A DNA stretch of 64,000 nt. Source: a virus. The notes beneath the pieces are model-generated. The model was not told the DNA's origin, ran no database searches, and saw nothing but the letters and a program-made list of their open reading frames with translations. Of the stretch, positions 9,523-19,126 are shown in pieces (within the stretch, counting starts at the first letter, position 1; each line of letters begins with the position of its first letter). The position numbers were made by a program, and so were the translations under genes. The stretch is from positions 1 to 64,000 of IMG/VR virus record IMGVR_UViG_3300048597_000624. The stretch is one strand, 5' to 3'.

Positions 9523-10179
9523 CTATCGAGTTGTTATCTGGGTGTGAATGTCTTGTGAGGACGCCTGTTCTGTTCTTTGATTGCTTCGACCAGCCAATTC
9601 GCAGCGAATTGCGTCGATGTTGTAGGGAATGGCTCCTAGATTAAGGAGCGATTGGTTTTCAGGGTCGTCGAAAGTGAAAAGTGGCTTGCCAGCCTTCACA
9701 ACTTCGCGGGCGATGGCCTCAGCCTTGCCGCCGGGCGATGCATGAGGGATGAGCACTGCGGTCGCGATTGCGAAAACGAACTCGTTGCGTGTTTGGGCGT
9801 GTGCTTTCGTAGTTCGTCGAACTGTGTCGGCGAATGGTGACACAAGCAATAGCCTGCCACCATCAATGGCCTTTCGCCAAGCAGCGGGCAACCGCGGTTG
9901 CCTTAGCCCCTTGGCAAAGCAAACGATGATGGGTTGATCGCCACGCAATAGAAAGTCGAGGCACTCTCGTTCCATCGGCGAATGGAAGCCGCCAGTGACA
10001 ACGACTCCGGCGTCTCGCAACTCACGGATCGCGTCAAAGGCCTTGATCACAATGCTTCCGGGACACTGCACGGAACAGATAAGTCCCAGCGACAGACCCT
10101 GGAGAATGCTGTAGTCCCCAACGCCATTTGTGCTTGGGGCATTGTTTAGACGTTCGTGAGGATCGCATTGCCGCGTCAT
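9523..10179 (-). CDS. DprA/Smf-like (SLOG) protein
   Basis: GGFHSPME, LLVSPF, RNEF motifs; ATGA overlap with methyltransferase stop. Confidence 0.75.
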   Translation of the reverse strand: MTRQCDPHERLNNAPSTNGVGDYSILQGLSLGLICSVQCPGSIVIKAFDAIRELRDAGVVVTGGFHSPMERECLDFLLRGDQPIIVCFAKGLRQPRLPAAWRKAIDGGRLLLVSPFADTVRRTTKAHAQTRNEFVFAIATAVLIPHASPGGKAEAIAREVVKAGKPLFTFDDPENQSLLNLGAIPYNIDAIRCELAGRSNQRTEQASSQDIHTQITTR

Positions 10180-13100
10180 TCGTCGTCCTCACTGTCCGCA
10201 CCAACGCGATACTTGATGTCGTAATTGACGACAAAGTCGCTCTCGTCAGGCGTCATATGAAAATGCCTGCCTAGAACGTTGTCGATTTCATCAAGAATGT
10301 GCTTGCTGTACTTCGGGTAAGTACATTGGATACGCAACTCACCCCGGTCCTTGTACCGCATGGCAACTATCTTTGAGTTGCTCCGAACGTCCGTCATCAG
10401 TTCGCGGCAAAGGCGTTGAAGCTCAGCTACGTCTTGCCCTGCTGTAGGCGAGTCGAAATTGAAGCGAGCGAATCCGATGTCACGGCGGTTCAGATTCCTG
10501 CAATCGGAGTAGACGGTAAGGAGCCAGTAGAAGAGCGATGAATTCAGAATCGCTAGAAATGCGTCTCTTTGAGGCTCGGTTGCGAATGTAAGGTCTTTCA
10601 GTTCCGATGGCTCGCGTTTCTTTCCAGCTTCGTCTTTGATTGACGGTACGAAGTCCAGGATCTGCACGAAGTGGCTCAATTTGCGTGTATAATAGATATG
10701 CCACTTGCCAGCACGTTCGTACTCTCCAATAAGTCCTGGCTCTGCTTTGAACTTTGCCAGAATTGACGTTTCGATGGGCGATCCCACCTTTGCCATCGCC
10801 CCGCCCATGTTTAGCAAGGTCGTGTCAATGAACGACAGGCGATGGAACAGAGTCTCTCGTTCGACGGACTGCCATTTATTGTATGTTGTGGAGAACGTGC
10901 TGCGGCTACTGCCCTTTTCATGCAGAATGATGCAAAGTCGAATGTGCTCCAGCCCATCAAATAGTTTGCTCGGTCGGTCATTAAAGTTGCTCACGACTGA
11001 CGAACCTGTTGTGCGTAGAGCTGCCTGCAACGGTTCGTAGCCATCGGTGCATACGGAGGCAACTGGCTGAATCATGCCAACTCGTCCGTTCTCTGCTGAA
11101 ATGTGGAGGCACCGCTCCCAAACGAACGCATATAGATTGCCGCACCCCTCCGTCCTATAGCCACGGATGGTGTAAGCCTTTTTGACTTTCGCATACTCGA
11201 CATACGGCGGGTTCCCAATGATGACATCGAACCCCCCTGTGGCCATTATTCCGTAGAACTCCACAAACCAATGGAAGGGTTCGTGGCTGACCTTCCAATC
11301 TGCGAGGGCTTCTTCGTCGTTCGATTTCGACTTGCGTTTACCGACCGCGACGCCGTATTCGCCTGCAAGATACCGGTCGAGTTGAGCGTCTAGCGTTTGT
11401 AGTCGCCGACGCAATTCTTGCTTGTCCTTAGATGTTACTTTGCCGCCGTGCGTCGTTTGCTGAGCACGAAATTGTTGGAAGCATTTCTCGACAGCGAGTG
11501 AGTCTTCTTCGATTTGGTCGATTTCGTCGGCTGCGAAGCCAAAGGTACCTTTCTGGGATTCCCGCACCTGATCGAGCGAGACGTAGCCGACTAGCGTGTT
11601 GCCTGCACGAATGTTGAAGTCGATGTCCGGTAGCGGTTCAATCTGTTCAGCCGTATCGACTTGGGCAACAAGTTTAAGGAATAGGCGAAGCTTACAAATT
11701 TCGACCGCCTCCTCCATGATGTCCACGCCGAACAGATTGTTGATGATGATGCTCTTGAGTACGAAGTAGCGTTCGCTGGGGTGCTTGGCGGTCTGAGCGA
11801 GCACTTTCTTGAAATCGCTGAATTGTTCCGGGTGGTGAGTCTTGCCAGCCAAGTCCTCAACGAATCGCTCCATACGTTCCAAACAATCGCTGTAGAGACT
11901 TTCCAAGATGCGAAGGGCCGCGAAGAGGAAGGCACCTGACCCGCAAGTGGGGTCGAGCACCGTGACTTTCTGGATCGCCTGCCAGAAGGCTCGAAGTAGC
12001 TCCGGGCCTTCGCTGTTGATGATTGCGTCGCGGGCGAACTGCCAAATGTCGAGATTGAGCGTAATGAGGTCGTTGATCGCGTGGACCTGACCCTGCTGAA
12101 GCTTCTCGCGGAGTTCCAAACAGCGTTGCCGTCGGGCGACGTGTTCACGCCACGTCTCGGTCGGCAAAGCGAATGGTTCGACGGCTGGCTTGTTCCAACC
12201 GTCACGCTTGGCGACATTCTTGATACCTGCTTCAATCTCCTTCGGCAGAGGAAGAATCTTCCCGTCGTCGTCGATGACACCATGCCGAACGGCGGCGTAA
12301 ATGTAGCGGTCAGGATTGTCCCGTAACAGCTTCCAAAGGAAGCTTTCCGGCTTGAATGCGATTGGGCATTTCTTCTCAGCGGCATCGAACAGAAACGGAA
12401 TAATCGTGTTCTTGCTGATGTACTCGGTGATGTCTTCTTTGGTGTAGTACGCCCCCATCTGTTTCTGGTTGATGTACTTCTCGAAGATGTAGCCGACTAC
12501 GTCGGGATTGATCTCGTTGTCGGAACGCAAGGGACGCTCGTCGAGGTGCCAGCGGAACTCATCGAAGAAGTCGAAGAGCTTCTCGAAGGCTTTGTCGGGA
12601 ATGTCGATGTCGGGATTGCGTGCTTCCAGTTCGTGGACTTCAAAGAAGCCGCCGTTCAGGTACGGCACTTTTCCCAAAAGCTTTTCCAGCTCGCGGTCCA
12701 GCTTGCGTTCTTCCGGTGATTTGCCAAGCCCGTCGTGAAAGAGCCGGAGCAGGAAATAGCGATAGAACGTGAGGAATTTATCCTTGCCTTTGTTCTCTCG
12801 GACTTGCTTCATGCGGTTGCGAAGGTATTCCGTGTCGCTGTCGAGAAAGCCCTTCTTCTGAATGAAGTACACGAACATCAAGCGATTAAGCATGATGGAC
12901 GTGTACCATTGGAGGTCGCCTTCGCCTTTAATTCCCTTGATGAATTTCTGAAAGGCGGTGTGCTCGGCTTTGAAGAGTTCGTAGAACTTCTTCGTGACCT
13001 TATCCACATCGAACGCTTTGCGAACGCGGCCAACGGCACTGCTGAGCGTGAATTCTTCCTCTTCTTCAAACGATACAGCGATATTCGCGAGACGCTGAAT

Positions 13101-13490
13101 CAACGGGTCGCCGGATTGGGTTGCATCGTAGCGATGGTCACGGCTCGCCAGCGGCTTACCTGGCTCGCGGCGAACCCATTGCCAAACCTGCTGGCCGCCG
13201 GGTTGGTCGGCATAGATGACGAAATGCTCACGGGCCGTCTTGGTAATTTGGTTGTCGATCTTGAGCCGTGTGGCTCGGTCTGGAATTGAAGAGCAGACGT
13301 AGGCCGCAAAGCCACGCTTTTGGGCAATGGCGTTGAGTTGAATCGTTTGGCCGTCGATAGGAATGGCAAGCTGCCCTTGGTGCTTATCCCAACCCAAGTG
13401 TTCGCGAAAGAGCGTAGCGAAGTCGAACGACTTCAGGCATTTGCGAACGGCGGTGGCGTCGATGTTCATGGGTTGTTGTTCCTTGCTCAT
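10176..13490 (-). CDS. Eco57I/type IIG-like N6-adenine DNA methyltransferase (start re-called at MSKEQQ)
   Basis: GAYYT, LDPTCGSGAF, GVDI, IGNPPY; ATGA overlap with helicase stop. Confidence 0.9.
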   Translation of the reverse strand: MSKEQQPMNIDATAVRKCLKSFDFATLFREHLGWDKHQGQLAIPIDGQTIQLNAIAQKRGFAAYVCSSIPDRATRLKIDNQITKTAREHFVIYADQPGGQQVWQWVRREPGKPLASRDHRYDATQSGDPLIQRLANIAVSFEEEEEFTLSSAVGRVRKAFDVDKVTKKFYELFKAEHTAFQKFIKGIKGEGDLQWYTSIMLNRLMFVYFIQKKGFLDSDTEYLRNRMKQVRENKGKDKFLTFYRYFLLRLFHDGLGKSPEERKLDRELEKLLGKVPYLNGGFFEVHELEARNPDIDIPDKAFEKLFDFFDEFRWHLDERPLRSDNEINPDVVGYIFEKYINQKQMGAYYTKEDITEYISKNTIIPFLFDAAEKKCPIAFKPESFLWKLLRDNPDRYIYAAVRHGVIDDDGKILPLPKEIEAGIKNVAKRDGWNKPAVEPFALPTETWREHVARRQRCLELREKLQQGQVHAINDLITLNLDIWQFARDAIINSEGPELLRAFWQAIQKVTVLDPTCGSGAFLFAALRILESLYSDCLERMERFVEDLAGKTHHPEQFSDFKKVLAQTAKHPSERYFVLKSIIINNLFGVDIMEEAVEICKLRLFLKLVAQVDTAEQIEPLPDIDFNIRAGNTLVGYVSLDQVRESQKGTFGFAADEIDQIEEDSLAVEKCFQQFRAQQTTHGGKVTSKDKQELRRRLQTLDAQLDRYLAGEYGVAVGKRKSKSNDEEALADWKVSHEPFHWFVEFYGIMATGGFDVIIGNPPYVEYAKVKKAYTIRGYRTEGCGNLYAFVWERCLHISAENGRVGMIQPVASVCTDGYEPLQAALRTTGSSVVSNFNDRPSKLFDGLEHIRLCIILHEKGSSRSTFSTTYNKWQSVERETLFHRLSFIDTTLLNMGGAMAKVGSPIETSILAKFKAEPGLIGEYERAGKWHIYYTRKLSHFVQILDFVPSIKDEAGKKREPSELKDLTFATEPQRDAFLAILNSSLFYWLLTVYSDCRNLNRRDIGFARFNFDSPTAGQDVAELQRLCRELMTDVRSNSKIVAMRYKDRGELRIQCTYPKYSKHILDEIDNVLGRHFHMTPDESDFVVNYDIKYRVGADSEDDE

Positions 13491-16400
13491 TCGGCTTTGC
13501 GTAGCCCGAGTGAGCAGATCACCTGCGGCTCGGCGGTTTCGGAATCCTCGGCCACCCGACACAATCGGGCGTCCTGACGCAAGCCAATCACAAGCTCGAC
13601 GAGTCCGGCGTCGCTGACGCCACTCTTGAGTTGGCGATTCAATGTGTCTGTGGCCGACTGGAGCAGTGGGTACTTGTAGATGTCTTCAATGGCTTTGCTC
13701 AATTCTGGCGTTGCAAACAGCGTCCCCTTCATGTCCTCGGCATAGGCTTTGAGGCGTTCGTAGGTGCGGAAGCGAGCACCGGAAGGACGGCCAAGTTGCC
13801 CGCCAACGGACTTCTCCGTCTCGACGATTAGCTTGACGCCTTTGGCGACCATTTCGTGATGCTTGTCATGGCGGGGAATGGCTGGCGTATCTGGCGAGCA
13901 CTCTGCGGCTTTGATGATGGTGAACTGTGACTCCGTGACGCTTTTGCCCTCGGTGTTGACCCAAGCCAAGGCATCGTTGCCCTCGGCAGTTCGGAGATAA
14001 ACAAGGGCACCTTCGGGCTGGTCTGGAGTCGGCTGATGAGTACGGGCCGAATAGACGACGTTCGGCATGGCTGGAATGATCTTTTCCAATTCTGGATTGC
14101 TGTCGATGGCGTTCTTCCAAACCTGATAGGCATAGGAAGCCAAGTCCACTTCGGTGTCGTCCTCGCCGTCGAGGATGCCGGACTTCTCGTGGTAAAGATT
14201 CCACAACGGCAGGTCGTCCTGTTCGTCATCGAAGAAAGCTTCGTCGGTGCCGACAACTTCGGCATTCTCTTTGAGCCGTTGGCGGACGCGGCCCCGAAGA
14301 TTGATGATTTGTTCGACGCCGTCGGCTGGCAGGAACGAATAGCAAAGGATGGTGTCAGACTGTTGGCCGATGCGGTCCACACGACCGGCCCGTTGAATCA
14401 AGCGAATAATGGCCCACGGCAAGTCGTAGTTGACGATGATGGCACAGTCTTGCAGGTTCTGACCTTCGCTAAGCACGTCTGTTGCCAACACGACGCGAAG
14501 CTCGTTCGCTGGCGTAATCTTGTCACGCTTCTTATTGCTGACCGGACTGAAACGATGGGCGATGGCGGTCGGGTCGTCGGAACCGCCCGTCACACCGGCA
14601 AGCGACGGCACGTGTCGCGATTGAAGCTCACCTGTTAGGTAGTCCACCGTGTCGGCGAATTGAGTGAAGAGCAAGACTTTCTCATTCGGGTGTCGCTTTT
14701 GCAGTAGGTCCAGCAAGGCGATGAGTTTGGCATCACGGGCAGACTCCCAAGGTCCGGAGTCTTTCAAGACTTTCATCAAAGCTTGCCCGTCCTTGAGTAA
14801 GTCTTTTGCTAAGTCGGCTTCAAACAAGGCGGGGCGTAGCCACTTGAAACGTCGGCGATACTGGCTGGCATATCGTTCGTAGATTTCTTTCGCACGCTGC
14901 CTGAAGTCGGCTTCGGTGAGCACGCCTTTCAATTGCTTGGTTGGGTCTGTGTCATCGCCGTCGTCCCCGTCGGCGGCGTCCCATAGGTCACTGTCTTCGT
15001 CATTGGCCCATGTATCGAGCAGGCCCATATCTTGAGTGCCGATAGGAATTGGCAAATCATTCTCGATGGCGTGTAGGACAATGAAGTTGCGGAGCACGTG
15101 CCGTTCAAGCGACAGAATGAACGAGTGACCGCTGCTTTCCAAACGCTTAAAGAGATTGGTCCGGCAGAAACCTTTAAGTCGCGTACCTGCTCGCGAGAGG
15201 TCGGCCAGCACCCGCCCCTCGTCGGGAGTTGGTGGCTTGTGCGGCGACGGCGTTTGGTAGTTGCCGAGTCCATAACGCGGCAACGTGAGTTGGTTGACTG
15301 CCCGGACAACGTCGTCGGCAAACAGGCGAGCGTATTGGTCCTTGGGGTTCTTCGGGTCAATCGGGAATTTGACCGTCTTGGGAACGCGAACCGGAAAGTA
15401 GGACCGAGTCCCATCGGGGAACTCCAAAAACTTTCGATTGGTGGCCGTGTCGAGTTTGGCGTAGTTCTCTTGGATGAAACTGCGAGTGCGACGGACAAGG
15501 TAGAGCCGCATAAGGTCTCGCCAGTCGTCGGCATAAATGCTTTTTTCAAAAGCAGCTAACGAGCGGACCGGGCATTGGTGACGACGAATGAATTCGGTCT
15601 CGCCAAGCTCGCGGAGTAACCGTTCCGGGCGAATTCCAATGTCGTCGCTCTCGTCGATGAACAAGCGAAGCTGATTCGACAGGTCAAGATAGGTTTTGTT
15701 GTAGGGAGTCGCGGAGAGCAGGATGACTCGGCTGTCATTTGAGTTGATGTACTCGGCAATCGAGCGGTAGCGTTTCCCTTCGCGATTGCGAAGGTTGTGG
15801 CTTTCGTCGATTAGCACAAGCCGATAGCGACGCAGGTCGGGCAATTCTCGCTGCACGTTGGTCGCAGAGAGAACTTTGGCCCGTAAACGATATTGCTGCC
15901 GGTAGTCCTCCCACATTGGAACGAGATTCTTCGGACAAATAATGAGCGTTTCGACACCGTGGTCGTCCTCAAAGATCCTCGCCAACGCCGTCGCCATTAG
16001 CGTCTTGCCGAGACCGACAACGTCACCGATCACGACTCCACCACGCTTATTGAGGTGGTGTGCGGCAATCTTGACCGCTGCCTTTTGAAACTCGAAGAGC
16101 GTATTGCCGAAGTCGCTCGGGATGCGAAATTCGGATAGTCCTGCCCGTGCTTCCTGCGACAGGTGGTACGCCATTTTCACGTAGATGTGATGAGGTGGAA
16201 TTGGCTCCGGTCTTGCCCAACTGTTGTTGATGATGTCAACAAGTTCTTTCGAGATGTCGATGCAGAAGCGGTCGTCCCAGCGGTCATTGAACCACTTGGC
16301 TAATTTGTCGCAGGCGTCATGGTCAAGAACGTCGACATTGAGTTCGCCTTGTTTAGCTAGTCCGGCAAACGTCAAGTTGCTGCTTCCCAGATAGCCGGTG

Positions 16401-16861
16401 GTCGGGTTAATTGGGTCTCTGCGAAAATGCAAATAGAGCTTGGCGTGCAAGCTATGTCGTAAGAAGAGTTTAACAACGAGTTTATTGGAGACGATTTGTG
16501 CGGCGAGGCGTCGCAATCCAGCTTCGTCGTCGTTGGTGGGAATTCCGACCATTAACTGGTCGCGAAAATCTTGGGCTAGCTTCCGCTTCAGTACGATGGC
16601 TGTAGCCTGGTCGATCTCGTCCTGACTGTGCAACAAGCTGAGCGAAGAGCGGAGTTGGTCTTGCGGCATCTGCTGCATACCCACAAGCAGTCGGCAGCAT
16701 TTGCCCTCGCCACCGTCCCAACGCTCGACAAGTGAGTCAATTTGTTTCCATCCGCGAAGGTTGAAATAGCCGACGCAGAAGTCCGCACGTTCAGCTAGCT
16801 CCAGTGTTTCGCGGAGTGCCGGAAGCAGCGACCGTTCGATATTGTCGAAAATGCGGGGCAT
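13487..16861 (-). CDS. PLD-nuclease domain plus SNF2-family helicase
   Basis: HAKLY...GSSNLT PLD motif, DVVGLGKT, DESH, SATP, QRAGRVDRIG. Confidence 0.9.
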   Translation of the reverse strand: MPRIFDNIERSLLPALRETLELAERADFCVGYFNLRGWKQIDSLVERWDGGEGKCCRLLVGMQQMPQDQLRSSLSLLHSQDEIDQATAIVLKRKLAQDFRDQLMVGIPTNDDEAGLRRLAAQIVSNKLVVKLFLRHSLHAKLYLHFRRDPINPTTGYLGSSNLTFAGLAKQGELNVDVLDHDACDKLAKWFNDRWDDRFCIDISKELVDIINNSWARPEPIPPHHIYVKMAYHLSQEARAGLSEFRIPSDFGNTLFEFQKAAVKIAAHHLNKRGGVVIGDVVGLGKTLMATALARIFEDDHGVETLIICPKNLVPMWEDYRQQYRLRAKVLSATNVQRELPDLRRYRLVLIDESHNLRNREGKRYRSIAEYINSNDSRVILLSATPYNKTYLDLSNQLRLFIDESDDIGIRPERLLRELGETEFIRRHQCPVRSLAAFEKSIYADDWRDLMRLYLVRRTRSFIQENYAKLDTATNRKFLEFPDGTRSYFPVRVPKTVKFPIDPKNPKDQYARLFADDVVRAVNQLTLPRYGLGNYQTPSPHKPPTPDEGRVLADLSRAGTRLKGFCRTNLFKRLESSGHSFILSLERHVLRNFIVLHAIENDLPIPIGTQDMGLLDTWANDEDSDLWDAADGDDGDDTDPTKQLKGVLTEADFRQRAKEIYERYASQYRRRFKWLRPALFEADLAKDLLKDGQALMKVLKDSGPWESARDAKLIALLDLLQKRHPNEKVLLFTQFADTVDYLTGELQSRHVPSLAGVTGGSDDPTAIAHRFSPVSNKKRDKITPANELRVVLATDVLSEGQNLQDCAIIVNYDLPWAIIRLIQRAGRVDRIGQQSDTILCYSFLPADGVEQIINLRGRVRQRLKENAEVVGTDEAFFDDEQDDLPLWNLYHEKSGILDGEDDTEVDLASYAYQVWKNAIDSNPELEKIIPAMPNVVYSARTHQPTPDQPEGALVYLRTAEGNDALAWVNTEGKSVTESQFTIIKAAECSPDTPAIPRHDKHHEMVAKGVKLIVETEKSVGGQLGRPSGARFRTYERLKAYAEDMKGTLFATPELSKAIEDIYKYPLLQSATDTLNRQLKSGVSDAGLVELVIGLRQDARLCRVAEDSETAEPQVICSLGLRKAE

Positions 16862-16938
16862 TGAAAGTTATCCCATTGAGCAATCGTCAGGCTGCGAACA
16901 GACGTAATTAGGTGGTGAGGGTTGTCTATATGCTTTGG

Positions 16939-17205
16939 TCAGCGTGGCTTCGGTCTTCGCCGGGACGGCGAGTTGAGTTTCTTACGAATTCGCTCCAGCT
17001 CACTCCGACTGAAGAGCCGATAGTTGTTGACCGGGTGCCGGTACTCGGCGATTTTGCCGTCGCGGCCCCAATTGCGGATTGTGTTCGGTGATACGCCGAG
17101 TAGGTCGGCGGCCTCGTTGACCAACAGGTAATCGTTTGTTGAAGGCACGGGTGCGTCTTCCGTGGTCGCATGGGACGGACTGCAAGCGTGTAGAAACCTT
17201 ACCAA
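16939..17205 (-). CDS. MerR-like / excisionase-type HTH protein
   Basis: VNEAADLLGVSPNTIRNW...NNYRLF; start uncertain. Confidence 0.8.
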   Translation of the reverse strand: MVRFLHACSPSHATTEDAPVPSTNDYLLVNEAADLLGVSPNTIRNWGRDGKIAEYRHPVNNYRLFSRSELERIRKKLNSPSRRRPKPR

Positions 17206-17518
17206 AGCTCGACAACGATTAAAAGCACCTGCCGAAGTGCAGTTTTGGTAAAAGGCAATTGCTTTCTAGGCGGCAGAAGGCGGGCGGCGATGCAGCCGGA
17301 ACACTCCGCGACCGCCAGCGAGCCGAGTGACAGGTTTCCCCTGGCACGTCGTTGCTTTCGGTCGCATCCGTCACCGGCTGCCGTTGCTCGGTCTGGAAGG
17401 GAAGCAATCCCGACGACGGACTGTAGCTTCCCAGCAGAGCAGTCGGAGATTAGAATCAGGATGTTTCGCGGTCGTCACTCGCGGTCTGTAGATTTGTGGA
17501 CGGCCAGCGGCAACGGTC

Positions 17519-17589
17519 GCGGGTGTAGCTTAGTGGTAAAGCGTCGGCTTCCCAAGCCGATGATGAGGGTTCGATTCCCTTCACCCGCT
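17519..17589 (+). tRNA. tRNA-Gly(CCC), CCA not encoded
   Basis: GCGGGTG/CACCCGC acceptor, TCGGC-TTCCCAA-GCCGA anticodon arm, GGTTCGATTCC T arm, U73. Confidence 0.95.
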
Positions 17590-17594
17590 CTTCT

Positions 17595-18863
17595 TCACTC
17601 TTGAGACTTTGTCTTCTTGCGAAGCTCGACCTTTGCCGTCCGAAGTGCCGTGCGAACCCATTCGATGACTATGCGATTCTCCGGCGACACGGGCTTCATG
17701 TAGACATCTGCCATGTCGGAGCCAGCGGAGTGGCCCAGCCATCGTTTCATCGCTCCGATGGAACATCCGTCTCTTGAACCGTACTCGGTTGCTCCCAAAT
17801 GCCGTAGCGAGTAGAAGCCGCCGACGCCTTTGCACGGCTCGCCCAAGCGTTTGACGAGCTTCGACCACCATTGGTGAACTGAGTCCGCATGGGCGTGAAC
17901 GAGCGGCATCCCTTTAGCGGTAACGAACATCAATTCGCCATCGTCTCGCTTGCGATGCTTGAGATAATCTTGCACTGTCTTCCAAACGAGTGGCGGCGTG
18001 TCGCCATAACGCTCAATGCCGGTCTTGCCGCGACGTAGGTCGTAGCTCTTTTTGTCGATTTGTCCGACACGGACTGCGGCGAGGTCGCGTTGACCGAAGC
18101 CGCAGCCAATGGCCATCCATACCATCGCGGTTTCGCGAGGACTGCAATTGCTGAGAAGCAGCTTTAACTGAGCCAGCGACGGCAAGCGACGCTTCCGGGC
18201 AGGCTTGCCGTGATGCACGTCGCGTGAATCCCAATTCCACGCGAGCACTTGGCCACCGTGTTCGGGTCTTCCGGCACGGTCGATGATTGCCTTGACGAAC
18301 TGGAGTCTTTTCGTGACTTGCGAAGATGAGTAACCGGACTTAACGATGGCCCGATTGTAGGCTTCCACGTCGTCCATGCTGAAGTCGGCGAGCAACAAAC
18401 GTCCGGCTGCTCCCTGGCCGTGCCGCTTTGTGATGAATGCTAATATCTCCTTAGCGTATGCCTTCCGCTGGTCGAAGACGGCTCGGCAAATGCTGCCGCG
18501 TCGCCGGGGACCGGGCTCGTCGCGGACTCGCGATTCTTCAAACTGCAACAAGCCGGAGGCGACGTGCAGAAAACTTCCCGGCAAAATCTTGGCCGGAACA
18601 CCCTTGCTAACTGCCTTCAGTTCGACGTTCTGAAGGTCGAGTTTCTTGCGTCGCTTCGGCTTAGTAGTTGGCGTCTCGCCGCGAAGATGGGCAGCCACCC
18701 ATTCATGGTAGAGCTGGTCGGCCTGCTCGCGGCTGACCATACCAAAGCGATGCTTGCGAGGGTTTCCCGAGACTGGGTCACGAAACGAAACGTGCCAGCC
18801 GATGTCCCGGCTTTTGGTGAATTTCAGGGCGGGTATTCGCCGCTTGCGTGGGTTGCGAAGCAC
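17595..18863 (-). CDS. Tyrosine recombinase/integrase
   Basis: RGKTG, YSLRH, LGHS...ADVY; lies between tRNA and att site. Confidence 0.85.
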   Translation of the reverse strand: MLRNPRKRRIPALKFTKSRDIGWHVSFRDPVSGNPRKHRFGMVSREQADQLYHEWVAAHLRGETPTTKPKRRKKLDLQNVELKAVSKGVPAKILPGSFLHVASGLLQFEESRVRDEPGPRRRGSICRAVFDQRKAYAKEILAFITKRHGQGAAGRLLLADFSMDDVEAYNRAIVKSGYSSSQVTKRLQFVKAIIDRAGRPEHGGQVLAWNWDSRDVHHGKPARKRRLPSLAQLKLLLSNCSPRETAMVWMAIGCGFGQRDLAAVRVGQIDKKSYDLRRGKTGIERYGDTPPLVWKTVQDYLKHRKRDDGELMFVTAKGMPLVHAHADSVHQWWSKLVKRLGEPCKGVGGFYSLRHLGATEYGSRDGCSIGAMKRWLGHSAGSDMADVYMKPVSPENRIVIEWVRTALRTAKVELRKKTKSQE

Positions 18864-18908
18864 TGCCTGGACTCCTTAGAATCAGGCCGAGCGGGTAGCG
18901 GGATGCAC

Positions 18909-18950
18909 TTGGGAATTGTAGTGCAAGCCCAATTGGAAATGTAGTGCGAG
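18909..18950. repeat. Imperfect direct repeat, candidate integrase arm-type sites
   Basis: TTGGGAATTGTAGTGCAAG and TTGGAAATGTAGTGCGAG (core TGTAGTGC) between integrase start and att core. Confidence 0.45.
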
Positions 18951-18981
18951 GCTATGTTTTCCGCTCGGAAAACAGTAGTTT

Positions 18982-19032
18982 AGCGTCGGCTTCCCAAGCT
19001 GGATGTCGCCGGTCCGAGTCCGGTCGCCCGCT
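18982..19032 (+). repeat. att site: partial chimeric tRNA-Gly(CCC)
   Basis: 18 bp AGCGTCGGCTTCCCAAGC identical to 17540..17557, followed by a different tRNA-Gly 3' half (TGGATGTCGCCGGTCCGAGTCCGGTCGCCCGCT). Confidence 0.85.
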
Positions 19033-19105
19033 CTTTTGCATCTTCTTTCGCACATTGCATTTATGAAACGGAATCGATCGCGAGACCTTGGCCATGGCGA
19101 CGGCG

Positions 19106-19126
19106 ACTACGCGCTTAACTACGCGC
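19106..19126. repeat. Direct repeat ACTACGCGC x2, candidate arm-type sites of the prophage integrase
   Basis: 19106..19114 and 19118..19126, immediately before the ATG at 19127. Confidence 0.45.

Noticed and set aside
9523-16861. Complete DISARM or BREX system
   Set aside because: No DrmA/DrmB, PglZ, BrxC or BrxL recognisable
18982-19032. Second functional tRNA-Gly
   Set aside because: Lacks 5' acceptor strand and D arm, anticodon stem mismatched, T loop reads TCCGA; treated as att site
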